Source: a virus. From it: a DNA stretch of 64,000 nt. Of this stretch, positions 8,037-15,800 are shown one piece after another (position 1 is the stretch's first letter; each line of letters opens with the position of its first letter). Under the pieces are notes generated by a model, which saw only the letters and a program-made list of their open reading frames with translations, was not told the DNA's origin and made no database searches. The stretch lies in IMG/VR virus record IMGVR_UViG_3300034418_006582, positions 14,157 through 78,156 of that record; one strand, written 5' to 3'. The position numbers and the translations under genes are program-made.

Positions 8037-8180
8037 TTAATTATTTCCTTTCAAATAATATTTCTTGTTTAATCTGTCTATTAATCTTTCAAAAAGATAA
8101 TTAGACAGAAAGCCTAAAGCAAAACAACCCAAAACAATAATTAAATATTCAGTTGGGTTTAAAGTGATTGTATCAACCAT
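8037..8180 (-). CDS. Small single-TM protein (47 aa, not in ORF track)
   Basis: Hand translation MVDTITLNPTEYLIIVLGCFALGFLSNYLFER...; directly after leader and GAGG. Confidence 0.7.
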   Translation of the reverse strand: MVDTITLNPTEYLIIVLGCFALGFLSNYLFERLIDRLNKKYYLKGNN

Positions 8181-8184
8181 TTTT

Positions 8185-8242
8185 TCCTCTTTCTTTTTCG
8201 ATTACTAATTTTAATATTAATCGCATATCAGAGTTATGCAAA
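8185..8242 (-). promoter_or_regulatory. Cassette promoter TTGCAT-16-TAATAT-N7-AGTAATCGA
   Basis: Read from the reverse complement. Confidence 0.75.
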
Positions 8243-8478
8243 TCAAAAAAATGTTTTTTTATGTATGATTGCTGATCGGTGGAACCTTAGCCCCACCGAT
8301 TATTTATTTAATGTTTATTAATAGGGGGTAGGGGTACTTTCAAAATCGCGATTGAATATTTGTGTGCTGTGAATAAGCACTGCGCAAATTTTTTTCAAAT
8401 TTTTCAAAGCCTATCTCTGATAGGCAGGTTTGTTAAAAACCTGTTGTCGTTACATTGAGTCTTTGCTATTATTGATCT

Positions 8479-8587
8479 GTAAGCTAATAGAAAGAAGTTG
8501 TTGATTGGACACTGGCAACTTGGTTTTCTTTAGAATTACGAAGCAGGACAGTATAAAGGGGTAGAGCAATCTGCCCCTTTATTATTT
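8479..8587 (+). ncRNA. Candidate sRNA-3 (hairpin, U-rich seed, terminator)
   Basis: TATTAT -10; AAGTTG/CAACTT stem; TTTTCTTTAGAATTAC; AAAGGGGTAGA-GCAA-TCTGCCCCTTT terminator. Confidence 0.45.
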
Positions 8588-8623
8588 CCTAAAGCTCTTA
8601 GATCTACTAGTAGAATAGAAGTA

Positions 8624-8690
8624 TCTTGCGACTTGGCTAGGTCTAGGGGTTTCGCCTCCTTTACCCTGGATCTAGCCACCCTTTTTTAAT
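8624..8690 (+). ncRNA. Candidate sRNA-4: hairpin with anti-SD loop CCTCCT
   Basis: TAGAAT -10; TGGCTAG/CTAGCCA stem with loop GTTTCGCCTCCTTTA, then a U-tract. Confidence 0.45.
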
Positions 8691-8708
8691 TTGTGCTATA
8701 CTTTTTAT

Positions 8709-8790
8709 TAGACATTGGGAAGTCCTTTCTCACTGGCTAGGTGTAATTTATATTGAAAGAGGAGCTGAAGACTCCTCTTTCTTTTTTTTT
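8709..8790 (+). ncRNA. Candidate sRNA-5 with TCCTTTC
   Basis: TG-C-TATACT extended -10; GAAAGAGGAG/CTCCTCTTTC terminator plus U-tract; no ORF. Confidence 0.4.
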
Positions 8791-8829
8791 CTAGAAAAAC
8801 TTAAAAAACTCTTACAGTCTTATTTATAT

Positions 8830-9036
8830 ATGAAGAAATTAATAAAACTACTACTGAAGATCCATAAGAAGAAAGTAATTATAGGTTGCGCTTGTACACA
8901 TAGGTGTAGTGAGTGCGATGAGTTAATAATGGCTCATAAACCATACCAGATCACCTTTATAAGCCTCTCAGAGAGACTTTCTGGTCATCATGGGACAATT
9001 ACCTGTAGAGAGTGTGTGGTGGCTCTGAAGTCATAA
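8830..9036 (+). CDS. Small Cys-rich (Zn-finger-like) protein
   Basis: CSEC and CREC pairs. Confidence 0.55.
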   Translation: MKKLIKLLLKIHKKKVIIGCACTHRCSECDELIMAHKPYQITFISLSERLSGHHGTITCRECVVALKS

Positions 9037-9295
9037 CTAGCCTTTCCTTACCAGCCTCTCTCAACTTCCTAACTTCCTAACTCCCTATCTATGTCAGGAA
9101 ATAGGTGTTTTTGATACCTCCACAGCGCAATTCATAATGATATAGTATGAGTTCGGATATAGGCACCAGAAATCCAAATATAAATTAGATCCGAGAGAAC
9201 AAGATCAGAGCAAAATTCGAGAGAAATACGAGATATATAGCAGATATTGATCCAGATACGCTAGATCCGAGTATTTATCTATACAATAAGGGTAT

Positions 9296-9814
9296 ATGAG
9301 TGATGAAATAGAAATTATTGACTCGGTTGATGAAATTGATCGCAGCGGGAATACAGATATAGCTGTTGCGGATCAAGAGGATTTCGATATAGAGATTGTT
9401 GGTAGGCCAAGCAAATTAACCGATGACACAGTAAGGAAATTATCCTCTGGCTTGAAAATGGGTTTAAGTCAGAAAAAAGCAGCAGATTTTGCTGGAATAT
9501 CAGAAACTACTTTTTATAGGTGGCAAAGAGAGTTCCAGAAGATCGATAAGGCTTGTTTAGGTAACCCAGATCGTATAAATAACGCTGATGATCTCAATTT
9601 ATGGGAGTTTTGGCAGTCCTTAAAAAAGGCAAAGATCGAGGGCGAGCTTTCCCATATAGCTGTAATCACAGAGGCAGCGAATAATGGAGTATGGCAGGCT
9701 AGTGCTTGGTTCTTAGAGCGATCTAATCCACAAGATTGGGGTAAAGACAAGCGAGAACTTGAAGCTCATTCAGAGGGTAAGACAATAGAATTTAATATTA
9801 AATACAGTTCATAA
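9296..9814 (+). CDS. terS: Putative terminase small subunit (HTH)
   Basis: GRPSKLT-HTH N-terminus and WQASAWFLER..P..WG motif typical of terS-like phage proteins; upstream of terL. Confidence 0.6.
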   Translation: MSDEIEIIDSVDEIDRSGNTDIAVADQEDFDIEIVGRPSKLTDDTVRKLSSGLKMGLSQKKAADFAGISETTFYRWQREFQKIDKACLGNPDRINNADDLNLWEFWQSLKKAKIEGELSHIAVITEAANNGVWQASAWFLERSNPQDWGKDKRELEAHSEGKTIEFNIKYSS

Positions 9815-9815
9815 G

Positions 9816-9833
9816 TTTTCCGATATCGGAAAA
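9816..9833. promoter_or_regulatory. Perfect 18-bp palindrome TTTTCCGATATCGGAAAA
   Basis: Recurs at 62939-62954 (16 bp) and 15226-15235 (10-bp core). Confidence 0.5.
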
Positions 9834-9844
9834 GTGTTACACAA

Positions 9845-9948
9845 GACAAAAACCCTCCATTGCTGGAGGGCTTGTTGCCAGTAATACGAAAAAAAGGAGT
9901 CGTCCTGTGGTCTAGAAAGACCGAAGAGGACTCTTTTGATTCAGTACT
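9845..9948 (-). ncRNA. Candidate sRNA-1, complementary to the cassette leader and RBS
   Basis: TATGGT-N6-AGTA start; 5' stem; CCTTTTTTTCGTATTACT; CCCTCCA-GCAA-TGGAGGG-TTTTT terminator on the minus strand. Confidence 0.55.
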
Positions 9949-9997
9949 TATTTAACCATAAGTAGATTTATATGCAACAATATATTAAAATATTTTT

Positions 9998-10543
9998 ATG
10001 ACGGTAATACCTTTTCCTGATAAAAAATACAACATTATTTACGCAGATCCTCCCTGGTCATTTAAGAACTTTAGTAAAAAAGGCGAGGGTAGAAATCCTA
10101 ATCAGCATTATGCAACACAAGATCTGAACTGGATCAAGTCTTTACCTGTAAATGACATAGCTGATAAAGATTGTGTTTTATTTTTATGGGTAGTGAACCA
10201 CTCTTTACCACAGGCATTTGAAGTTATTGAAAGCTGGGGGTTTACTTACAAGACAGTAGCTTTCAACTGGGTTAAAAAAAATATGAAATCTGAGGGATTT
10301 TTCACTGGTTTAGGATATTGGACAAGAGGAAATCCAGAAATATGTTTATTAGCAACAAAAGGTAAACCAAGTAGAGTTTCTAAAGCTGTGAAAGAATTAG
10401 TAATAGAGCCTAGATCTAAACACAGCAAAAAACCAGACAGAATTAGAGATGATATTATTGACTTGTGTGGTGATCTCCCTAGAATTGAATTGTTTGCAAG
10501 GAATACGACTAAAGGATGGGATGTATGGGGGAATCAGATTTAA
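9998..10543 (+). CDS. MT-A70 family adenine methyltransferase
   Basis: IIYADPPW, HSKKP, RIELFAR, GWDVWGN. Confidence 0.92.
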   Translation: MTVIPFPDKKYNIIYADPPWSFKNFSKKGEGRNPNQHYATQDLNWIKSLPVNDIADKDCVLFLWVVNHSLPQAFEVIESWGFTYKTVAFNWVKKNMKSEGFFTGLGYWTRGNPEICLLATKGKPSRVSKAVKELVIEPRSKHSKKPDRIRDDIIDLCGDLPRIELFARNTTKGWDVWGNQI

Positions 10544-11073
10544 TACCTTTTCCAGAGAAAAAATATAATATTATTTATGCCGATCCACCGTGGTCTTATG
10601 ATTCAGGTTTTCTTAAAAGAAATTGGGACGGTAAGTACAATCAGATGAAACCACAGGAGATCTATGATCTACCAGTGCAAGATATAGCAGACGATAATTG
10701 TATTTTGTTTATGTGGATCACTTATCCTAAATTACTTATAGGTTTACAAGCTATGGAAAGTTGGGGATTCAAGTATCGCAGTGCAGCATTTACTTGGGTT
10801 AAAAGGAATAAGAAAGCAGACACTTGGTTTTGGGGTATGGGACATTGGACTAGAGCTAATGCTGAGGTCTGCTTTCTAGGTGTAAAAGGAAAACCTCAAA
10901 GAGAAAGTGCTAGTGTTCACTCAATCGTTGATGAAAGAATACAAGAACACTCAAAAAAACCAGATGTAGTTAGAAATAAAATTGTAGAGCTTTGTGGAGA
11001 TCTACCTCGTATAGAATTATTTGCAAGACAAAAAGTAGAGGGTTGGGATAGTTGGGGAAATGAAATTATTTAA
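10516..11073 (+). CDS. MT-A70 family adenine methyltransferase (tandem paralog)
   Basis: IIYADPPW, HSKKP, RIELFAR. Confidence 0.92.
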   Translation: MGCMGESDLIPFPEKKYNIIYADPPWSYDSGFLKRNWDGKYNQMKPQEIYDLPVQDIADDNCILFMWITYPKLLIGLQAMESWGFKYRSAAFTWVKRNKKADTWFWGMGHWTRANAEVCFLGVKGKPQRESASVHSIVDERIQEHSKKPDVVRNKIVELCGDLPRIELFARQKVEGWDSWGNEII

Positions 11074-11749
11074 TGGTGATTGTTTAGAAGTTATGAAAGA
11101 GTTACCAGATAACTCTATTGATTTAATTGTTACAAGTCCACCTTATGAAGATATTTCTGGTGCAGGATATCAAGCTAGTAACAAAGATATTCTATTTTTA
11201 AAGCTGTACTCAGAATTTATAGATCAAGTCTTTGAACAATACGCCAGGATCTTAAAACCTAACGGCCAGTTGTTTTTTAATATTAAAAGCAAAACAGCGC
11301 AAAAAAAATTAAGGACACCTCATTGGTTAGAATTTACAAATGCTTTTCAACAGCTTGATTTCAAAAGTTACATTATTTGGAAATATGCTGGTAGCTTTGA
11401 TAGTTCCAAAGCTAGATTCCATTTAGATTACGAAATTATATATCACCTTGCAAAAGGAGATGATATTTATTTAAACAGTGATTGTGGTATAGATGATCCA
11501 TTAACTTCTGTATGGTATGTACCACACAATATACCAAAAGCAGAAAGAATACACCCTACACAAATGCCATTAGCTCTGGCAGACAGAATATTAAAAATTG
11601 CCTCAAAACCAAACGATGTTGTTTTAGATAATTTTATGGGAAGTGGAACTACTGGTGTCGCTTGTATAAAAAACAATGTAGATTTTATTGGAATTGAATT
11701 AAACAACGATAATTACAAATTAGCAAAGGAGAGAATTGAAGCTATTTAA
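11060..11749 (+). CDS. Beta-class N4-C/N6-A DNA methyltransferase
   Basis: TSPPY...HPTQMP...DNFMGSGTT. Confidence 0.92.
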   Translation: MKLFNGDCLEVMKELPDNSIDLIVTSPPYEDISGAGYQASNKDILFLKLYSEFIDQVFEQYARILKPNGQLFFNIKSKTAQKKLRTPHWLEFTNAFQQLDFKSYIIWKYAGSFDSSKARFHLDYEIIYHLAKGDDIYLNSDCGIDDPLTSVWYVPHNIPKAERIHPTQMPLALADRILKIASKPNDVVLDNFMGSGTTGVACIKNNVDFIGIELNNDNYKLAKERIEAI

Positions 11750-12659
11750 TGGCGATTGTTTAGAGTTTATGGAAACTTTAGATCATTCTTCTGTTGATCT
11801 TATCTTATGTGATCTTCCCTATGGATTAATGAAAGATATAGGCAAAGATGATGGTAGATACACTAATGGTATGCTTGGAAAGTTTGATTGGGACAGCTCA
11901 ATAGATTTAGACAAGTTTTTTCTGATGTCGGAAAGATTACTAAGGGAATCAGGTAGATTAATACTTTTTGGAGTACAACCGTTTACAACAAACCTTATAA
12001 ATCATAGTTCTTATAATTTAAACTTTTCTTACACAATGATCTGGGAAAAGGATCACTTTGCAAACGCTTTTCAGGCTAAGAGAGCGCCTCTTAACTATTT
12101 TGAAGATATTATTGTTTTTACAAAAAGATACGACACCATGAACAATAATCCATTGCGACAATATTTTTCTTGGTTACAAAAACATATAGGTTGGAGTAAA
12201 GCAAAATTAATTTTAGAATTTGGACAAAGAATAGACCATACCTTTAGAACAGAAAGCACACAGTTCAAATTATGCACCGAAGAGGCTTATAACGATCTCA
12301 TTGAAAGATTCAACCTTGAAAATAACGAAAAATTTATTCCTTATAAAGAATTAAAAAAAATAAACAACAAGCATTTACAAACATTTAATTTAAAAAAAGG
12401 CGAAAAAATAAAAAGCAACATATTGAAATATCCTAGAGATGAGGAAAAAATACACCCAACACAGAAACCTGTTGATCTTTTAAAGGATATTATTTACAGC
12501 TTTACCAACAAAGGAGATCTTGTTGCAGATTTTACAATGGGTAGTGGCAGTACTGGAGTTGCAGCATTAGAATTAAAAAGAAATTTTATAGGATCCGAGT
12601 TAGATCCAGAGTTTTACGAAAAAGCAAAGGAACGAATTGATAACATTATTTCAAGGTGA
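11736..12659 (+). CDS. Beta-class N6-A/N4-C DNA methyltransferase with internal insertion
   Basis: CDLPY...HPTQKP...DFTMGSGST. Confidence 0.9.
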   Translation: MKLFNGDCLEFMETLDHSSVDLILCDLPYGLMKDIGKDDGRYTNGMLGKFDWDSSIDLDKFFLMSERLLRESGRLILFGVQPFTTNLINHSSYNLNFSYTMIWEKDHFANAFQAKRAPLNYFEDIIVFTKRYDTMNNNPLRQYFSWLQKHIGWSKAKLILEFGQRIDHTFRTESTQFKLCTEEAYNDLIERFNLENNEKFIPYKELKKINNKHLQTFNLKKGEKIKSNILKYPRDEEKIHPTQKPVDLLKDIIYSFTNKGDLVADFTMGSGSTGVAALELKRNFIGSELDPEFYEKAKERIDNIISR

Positions 12660-13299
12660 CGCTTTAGAAATATTAAAAGAAATGCAAGATGACTATGTAG
12701 ATCATGTTTTTACTAGTCCACCATACAATATTGGCAGAAGTAGATCTATACAATCAAAAGCAAAAGGTAAATATGAACATTTTGAAGATAGTAATGAAAA
12801 CTATTTTGATTGGTGTACAAAAATCATTGACCAGCTTTTAAGAGTTTCTAGTGGGTATGTTTTTTGGAATATACAAGCAAACTCACAAAATAAAAAAGAT
12901 GTTTTTAAACTAATAGGTCATTATGCAGATATTTTAGAACAAAACTTTATTTGGTATAAGCCTAATGCGACACCTAGTTCAAAACAATATTATGTTTCAA
13001 ATGTAGTTGAATATATTTTATGTTTTTCTAAATCTAAGGTAAAAGGAAATAAACATTTTTTAAGAAATCATGTTGAAATAAATAAAGGAACTAAGTATAT
13101 AAAAAACTTAAATGCACAAATGCCTCTTTCTTTAGCTGATCATTTTATTAAAAATTACACACAAAAGGGCGAAATTGTACTAGATCCTTTCTTAGGTAGT
13201 GGAACAACTGGAGTAGTTTGCATGAATAGACAAAGAAGTTTTATTGGTATAGAATTAGTACCAGAATATTTAGAAATAGCAAAAGAAAGAATCAAATGA
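12637..13299 (+). CDS. Beta-class N4-C/N6-A DNA methyltransferase
   Basis: TSPPY...DPFLGSGTT. Confidence 0.9.
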   Translation: MITLFQGDALEILKEMQDDYVDHVFTSPPYNIGRSRSIQSKAKGKYEHFEDSNENYFDWCTKIIDQLLRVSSGYVFWNIQANSQNKKDVFKLIGHYADILEQNFIWYKPNATPSSKQYYVSNVVEYILCFSKSKVKGNKHFLRNHVEINKGTKYIKNLNAQMPLSLADHFIKNYTQKGEIVLDPFLGSGTTGVVCMNRQRSFIGIELVPEYLEIAKERIK

Positions 13300-14906
13300 G
13301 ACTTGGCAGCATGTTTGCAGGTATTGGTGGTATAGAACTTGGCTTAGTTAGATCAGGACTTGTTACTGATGTCAAATGGCAAATAGATAACGATGAATTT
13401 TGTACAAAAATATTAAAAAAAAATTTTCCTGATAGTTTAGTTTTAAACAAAAATGTTGAGGAAATAAACACAAAAGATTTACCAGAGGTAGATATTATCA
13501 CAGCAGGTTTTCCTTGCCAGCCAGTAAGCGTGGCAGGAAACCAGAAAGGAGTATTAGATGAAAGATGGTTATGGGATGAAGTCGAAAGATTTATTAATGA
13601 GTTACGACCACCAGTCTTCATGTTGGAAAATGTCCCCAACATCCTCAGAGCAAGCAACGGAGAAGCCATTAATCGTGTCCTCAAAGGTGTGGCCGAAATG
13701 CGCCATTATAGATTTGAATGGCAACTTATATCAGCAAAGTTCGTTGGAGCAAGGCACAAAAGACAAAGATGGGTGGGAGTTGGAATCGTGGGAGACACCG
13801 AACACTATGGATCACTTGCCAGCGAGATCAGGGGACGCTTTGGAGAGAGCCTTGTATCGTGGAGATCCAGAGAGGAAGAGCAAAAGAAAATCTACTGGCA
13901 ACTTGCGAGAGAATCCGAAAATTTGGTTAACACCCACAACAATGGATCAGAAAGAGGACAGCCTGAAACACGCAACGAAACTCATGCAGGGGAAAACACG
14001 CAGAGCGACAGGTCACAGAATACAGAGAACTTTGAGCGATCAAGTCTGGATGGACATGATAGAAAAGGATCCGAGCCTAATGGAGTATTACCAGGATCAC
14101 GAGATAGTGAAACGACCAATGCTTCCAGATCAAATGGAGTTCGTGGAATATCTGAGGAGTCAGACATCAGCAACCAAACTTCAGAAATTGACAGGAATAA
14201 AGAAATCAACAGTGGATCATTGGTTCAGGAAAGACAAATACTTCAGTCATCCAACAGTGGATCAATGGATTCAGATCAAACCTCATCTACAGGAGATCAA
14301 ATACGACAAGGAATTGATGACAGTGGAAGTGATGGAGTGGAAAACCAAAGAGGAAATGGAGATGTGGCCGACACCATCGACACAGGACAACGAACACAAG
14401 AATTTGGAACTGAACGACAAGGGCAGGAGAGTAGCGAAAAGTGGGGGCGAGAGCAGATCCCTCAATCTAGCAGACAAAGTGCAAGTGAGGGAAAAGGAAA
14501 CTTTTTCGACACCAGCAGCAAGTCAAGCCTCAAAGCCAGTCAATCGCCATACCCCATCAGCGAGAGCAGGGAAACACGGCTCTACTTTGGAACAGGACAT
14601 TGGGGAACGAGATCCAACATTGATTGGCAAGCGCCTCAACCCAGCATGGGTGAACAGACTTATGGGTTACCCAGATGGTTGGCTGAACTTGGACTAACTA
14701 ACGATTGGGGAATTGATAGCGAGTGGGAAAAAGGACAAGAAAGAGTAGCTGAACGCAAAGATAATGATGTTGACAGACTTAAAGCTCTAGGAAATGGCGT
14801 AGTGCCACAATTCTCTGAGCTTGTAGGTCGATTAATCATCAGATCCATGATTGCAGAAACTTTAGTCTTTGATCCAGAAATCGTTAAGGTAGATCGTCCT
14901 CAGTAA
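13296..14906 (+). CDS. C5-cytosine DNA methyltransferase, large (alpha) chain
   Basis: FAGIGG (I), GFPCQ (IV), ENV (VI), HKRQR (VIII), LKALGNGVVP (X); low-complexity middle; no motif IX in this frame. Confidence 0.88.
   Translation: MRLGSMFAGIGGIELGLVRSGLVTDVKWQIDNDEFCTKILKKNFPDSLVLNKNVEEINTKDLPEVDIITAGFPCQPVSVAGNQKGVLDERWLWDEVERFINELRPPVFMLENVPNILRASNGEAINRVLKGVAEMRHYRFEWQLISAKFVGARHKRQRWVGVGIVGDTEHYGSLASEIRGRFGESLVSWRSREEEQKKIYWQLARESENLVNTHNNGSERGQPETRNETHAGENTQSDRSQNTENFERSSLDGHDRKGSEPNGVLPGSRDSETTNASRSNGVRGISEESDISNQTSEIDRNKEINSGSLVQERQILQSSNSGSMDSDQTSSTGDQIRQGIDDSGSDGVENQRGNGDVADTIDTGQRTQEFGTERQGQESSEKWGREQIPQSSRQSASEGKGNFFDTSSKSSLKASQSPYPISESRETRLYFGTGHWGTRSNIDWQAPQPSMGEQTYGLPRWLAELGLTNDWGIDSEWEKGQERVAERKDNDVDRLKALGNGVVPQFSELVGRLIIRSMIAETLVFDPEIVKVDRPQ
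13558..14697 (+). CDS. Nested alternative-frame C5-MTase subunit (motif IX plus 4 WxTP repeats)
   Basis: 379-codon open frame; AAGGAG RBS upstream; ends RLNPAWVNRLMGYPDGW (motif IX-like). Confidence 0.8.
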   Translation: MKDGYGMKSKDLLMSYDHQSSCWKMSPTSSEQATEKPLIVSSKVWPKCAIIDLNGNLYQQSSLEQGTKDKDGWELESWETPNTMDHLPARSGDALERALYRGDPERKSKRKSTGNLRENPKIWLTPTTMDQKEDSLKHATKLMQGKTRRATGHRIQRTLSDQVWMDMIEKDPSLMEYYQDHEIVKRPMLPDQMEFVEYLRSQTSATKLQKLTGIKKSTVDHWFRKDKYFSHPTVDQWIQIKPHLQEIKYDKELMTVEVMEWKTKEEMEMWPTPSTQDNEHKNLELNDKGRRVAKSGGESRSLNLADKVQVREKETFSTPAASQASKPVNRHTPSARAGKHGSTLEQDIGERDPTLIGKRLNPAWVNRLMGYPDGWLNLD

Positions 14907-15078
14907 GTTTAAAGTTAATAGCATGAAAATTAGCGTGTGATGAAACTTGCCTTATTCTTTTGTGTTTCTTTACTTTACCCCATTTGGCTTCATACAGAGA
15001 TTTACCATCTGTCATTCCTACTGCCATTTGAGTTAAGTAATCTTTTATATCTAACATAAGTTTTCCATAATAGAACAT
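14884..15078 (-). CDS. Hypothetical protein
   Basis: ORF only. Confidence 0.35.
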   Translation of the reverse strand: MFYYGKLMLDIKDYLTQMAVGMTDGKSLYEAKWGKVKKHKRIRQVSSHANFHAINFKLTEDDLP

Positions 15079-15297
15079 TTGTTCGATTTATAAAAACAAT
15101 TTATGTTAAAAATATGTTAAAAATATTTCACAAAATATTTAGATTGTGAAAAAATACAAAAAATTTGCTACAAAGTCGTTAAATTGTGAAATTGCATAAC
15201 AGTGCTTGCCAATCAGTGAATTTTTCCGATATCGGCTACATTGAAAAAAGCCCATAAACATTGACTTTGATTTTTTTTGTGTCCGAGTCACTTTCCT

Positions 15298-15390
15298 CGG
15301 AATTCCGCGGAATTCCGTGTGACACCACCTCGGAATTCCGTGGCTAGAGTAGAGTAGAGTAGAGAAGAGTAGACTAGAGTAGAGAAGAGT
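15298..15390. repeat. Origin-like repeats: CGGAATTCCG x3 plus AGAGT-like pentamer x9
   Basis: Palindromes at 15298, 15308 and 15331; pentamers 15346-15390; AT-rich tract 15085-15170. Confidence 0.7.
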
Positions 15391-15422
15391 ATATAATATA
15401 TATTAGAAAGGTCAGGTAAGAA

Positions 15423-15800
15423 ATGAATATTATGGTTAGTTTTGAAAGCACTGAAGATTATATCTTAAAAGCTGAAAATGAAACTGAAGCAATAAAAATA
15501 GTACAAATGATTTGGGATCATAAACAAGAATCACAAAACGATCTATTAAAGCAATATGACATAGATTACTCACTTGATGTTAGTAAGAAGTATGTTGAAG
15601 TAGAAGATCAAGAAGAAGACAATATTGTTTTAGATTATAAAGTCACATTTGTTATGACTGGAAAAAGTCCAGAAGATGCTATAGACAATTTCCACGAAAT
15701 GATGAAAGGTGGGCTAGACTATATACCACCAATTGTTGAGCCAGTTATAAATGATGAGTATGAACTTTTAACTGGGATCAAAGCAGAAGGGACAGCATAA
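15423..15800 (+). CDS. Acidic hypothetical protein
   Basis: ORF with RBS. Confidence 0.75.
   Translation: MNIMVSFESTEDYILKAENETEAIKIVQMIWDHKQESQNDLLKQYDIDYSLDVSKKYVEVEDQEEDNIVLDYKVTFVMTGKSPEDAIDNFHEMMKGGLDYIPPIVEPVINDEYELLTGIKAEGTA

Noticed and set aside
8240-8800. tRNA genes or known riboswitches in the hairpin-rich intergenic DNA
   Set aside because: No cloverleaf, T-loop GTTCRA or recognisable aptamer consensus
9880-9916. Plus-strand leader and RBS AGTAATACGAAAAAAAGGAG as a gene start
   Set aside because: Only GTG-GTC-TAG follows; the terminator polarity favours a minus-strand RNA
13558-14697. Intein, intron or sequencing frameshift in the C5-MTase
   Set aside because: Both frames are open throughout, the inner ORF has its own RBS, and no intein or splice motifs were seen
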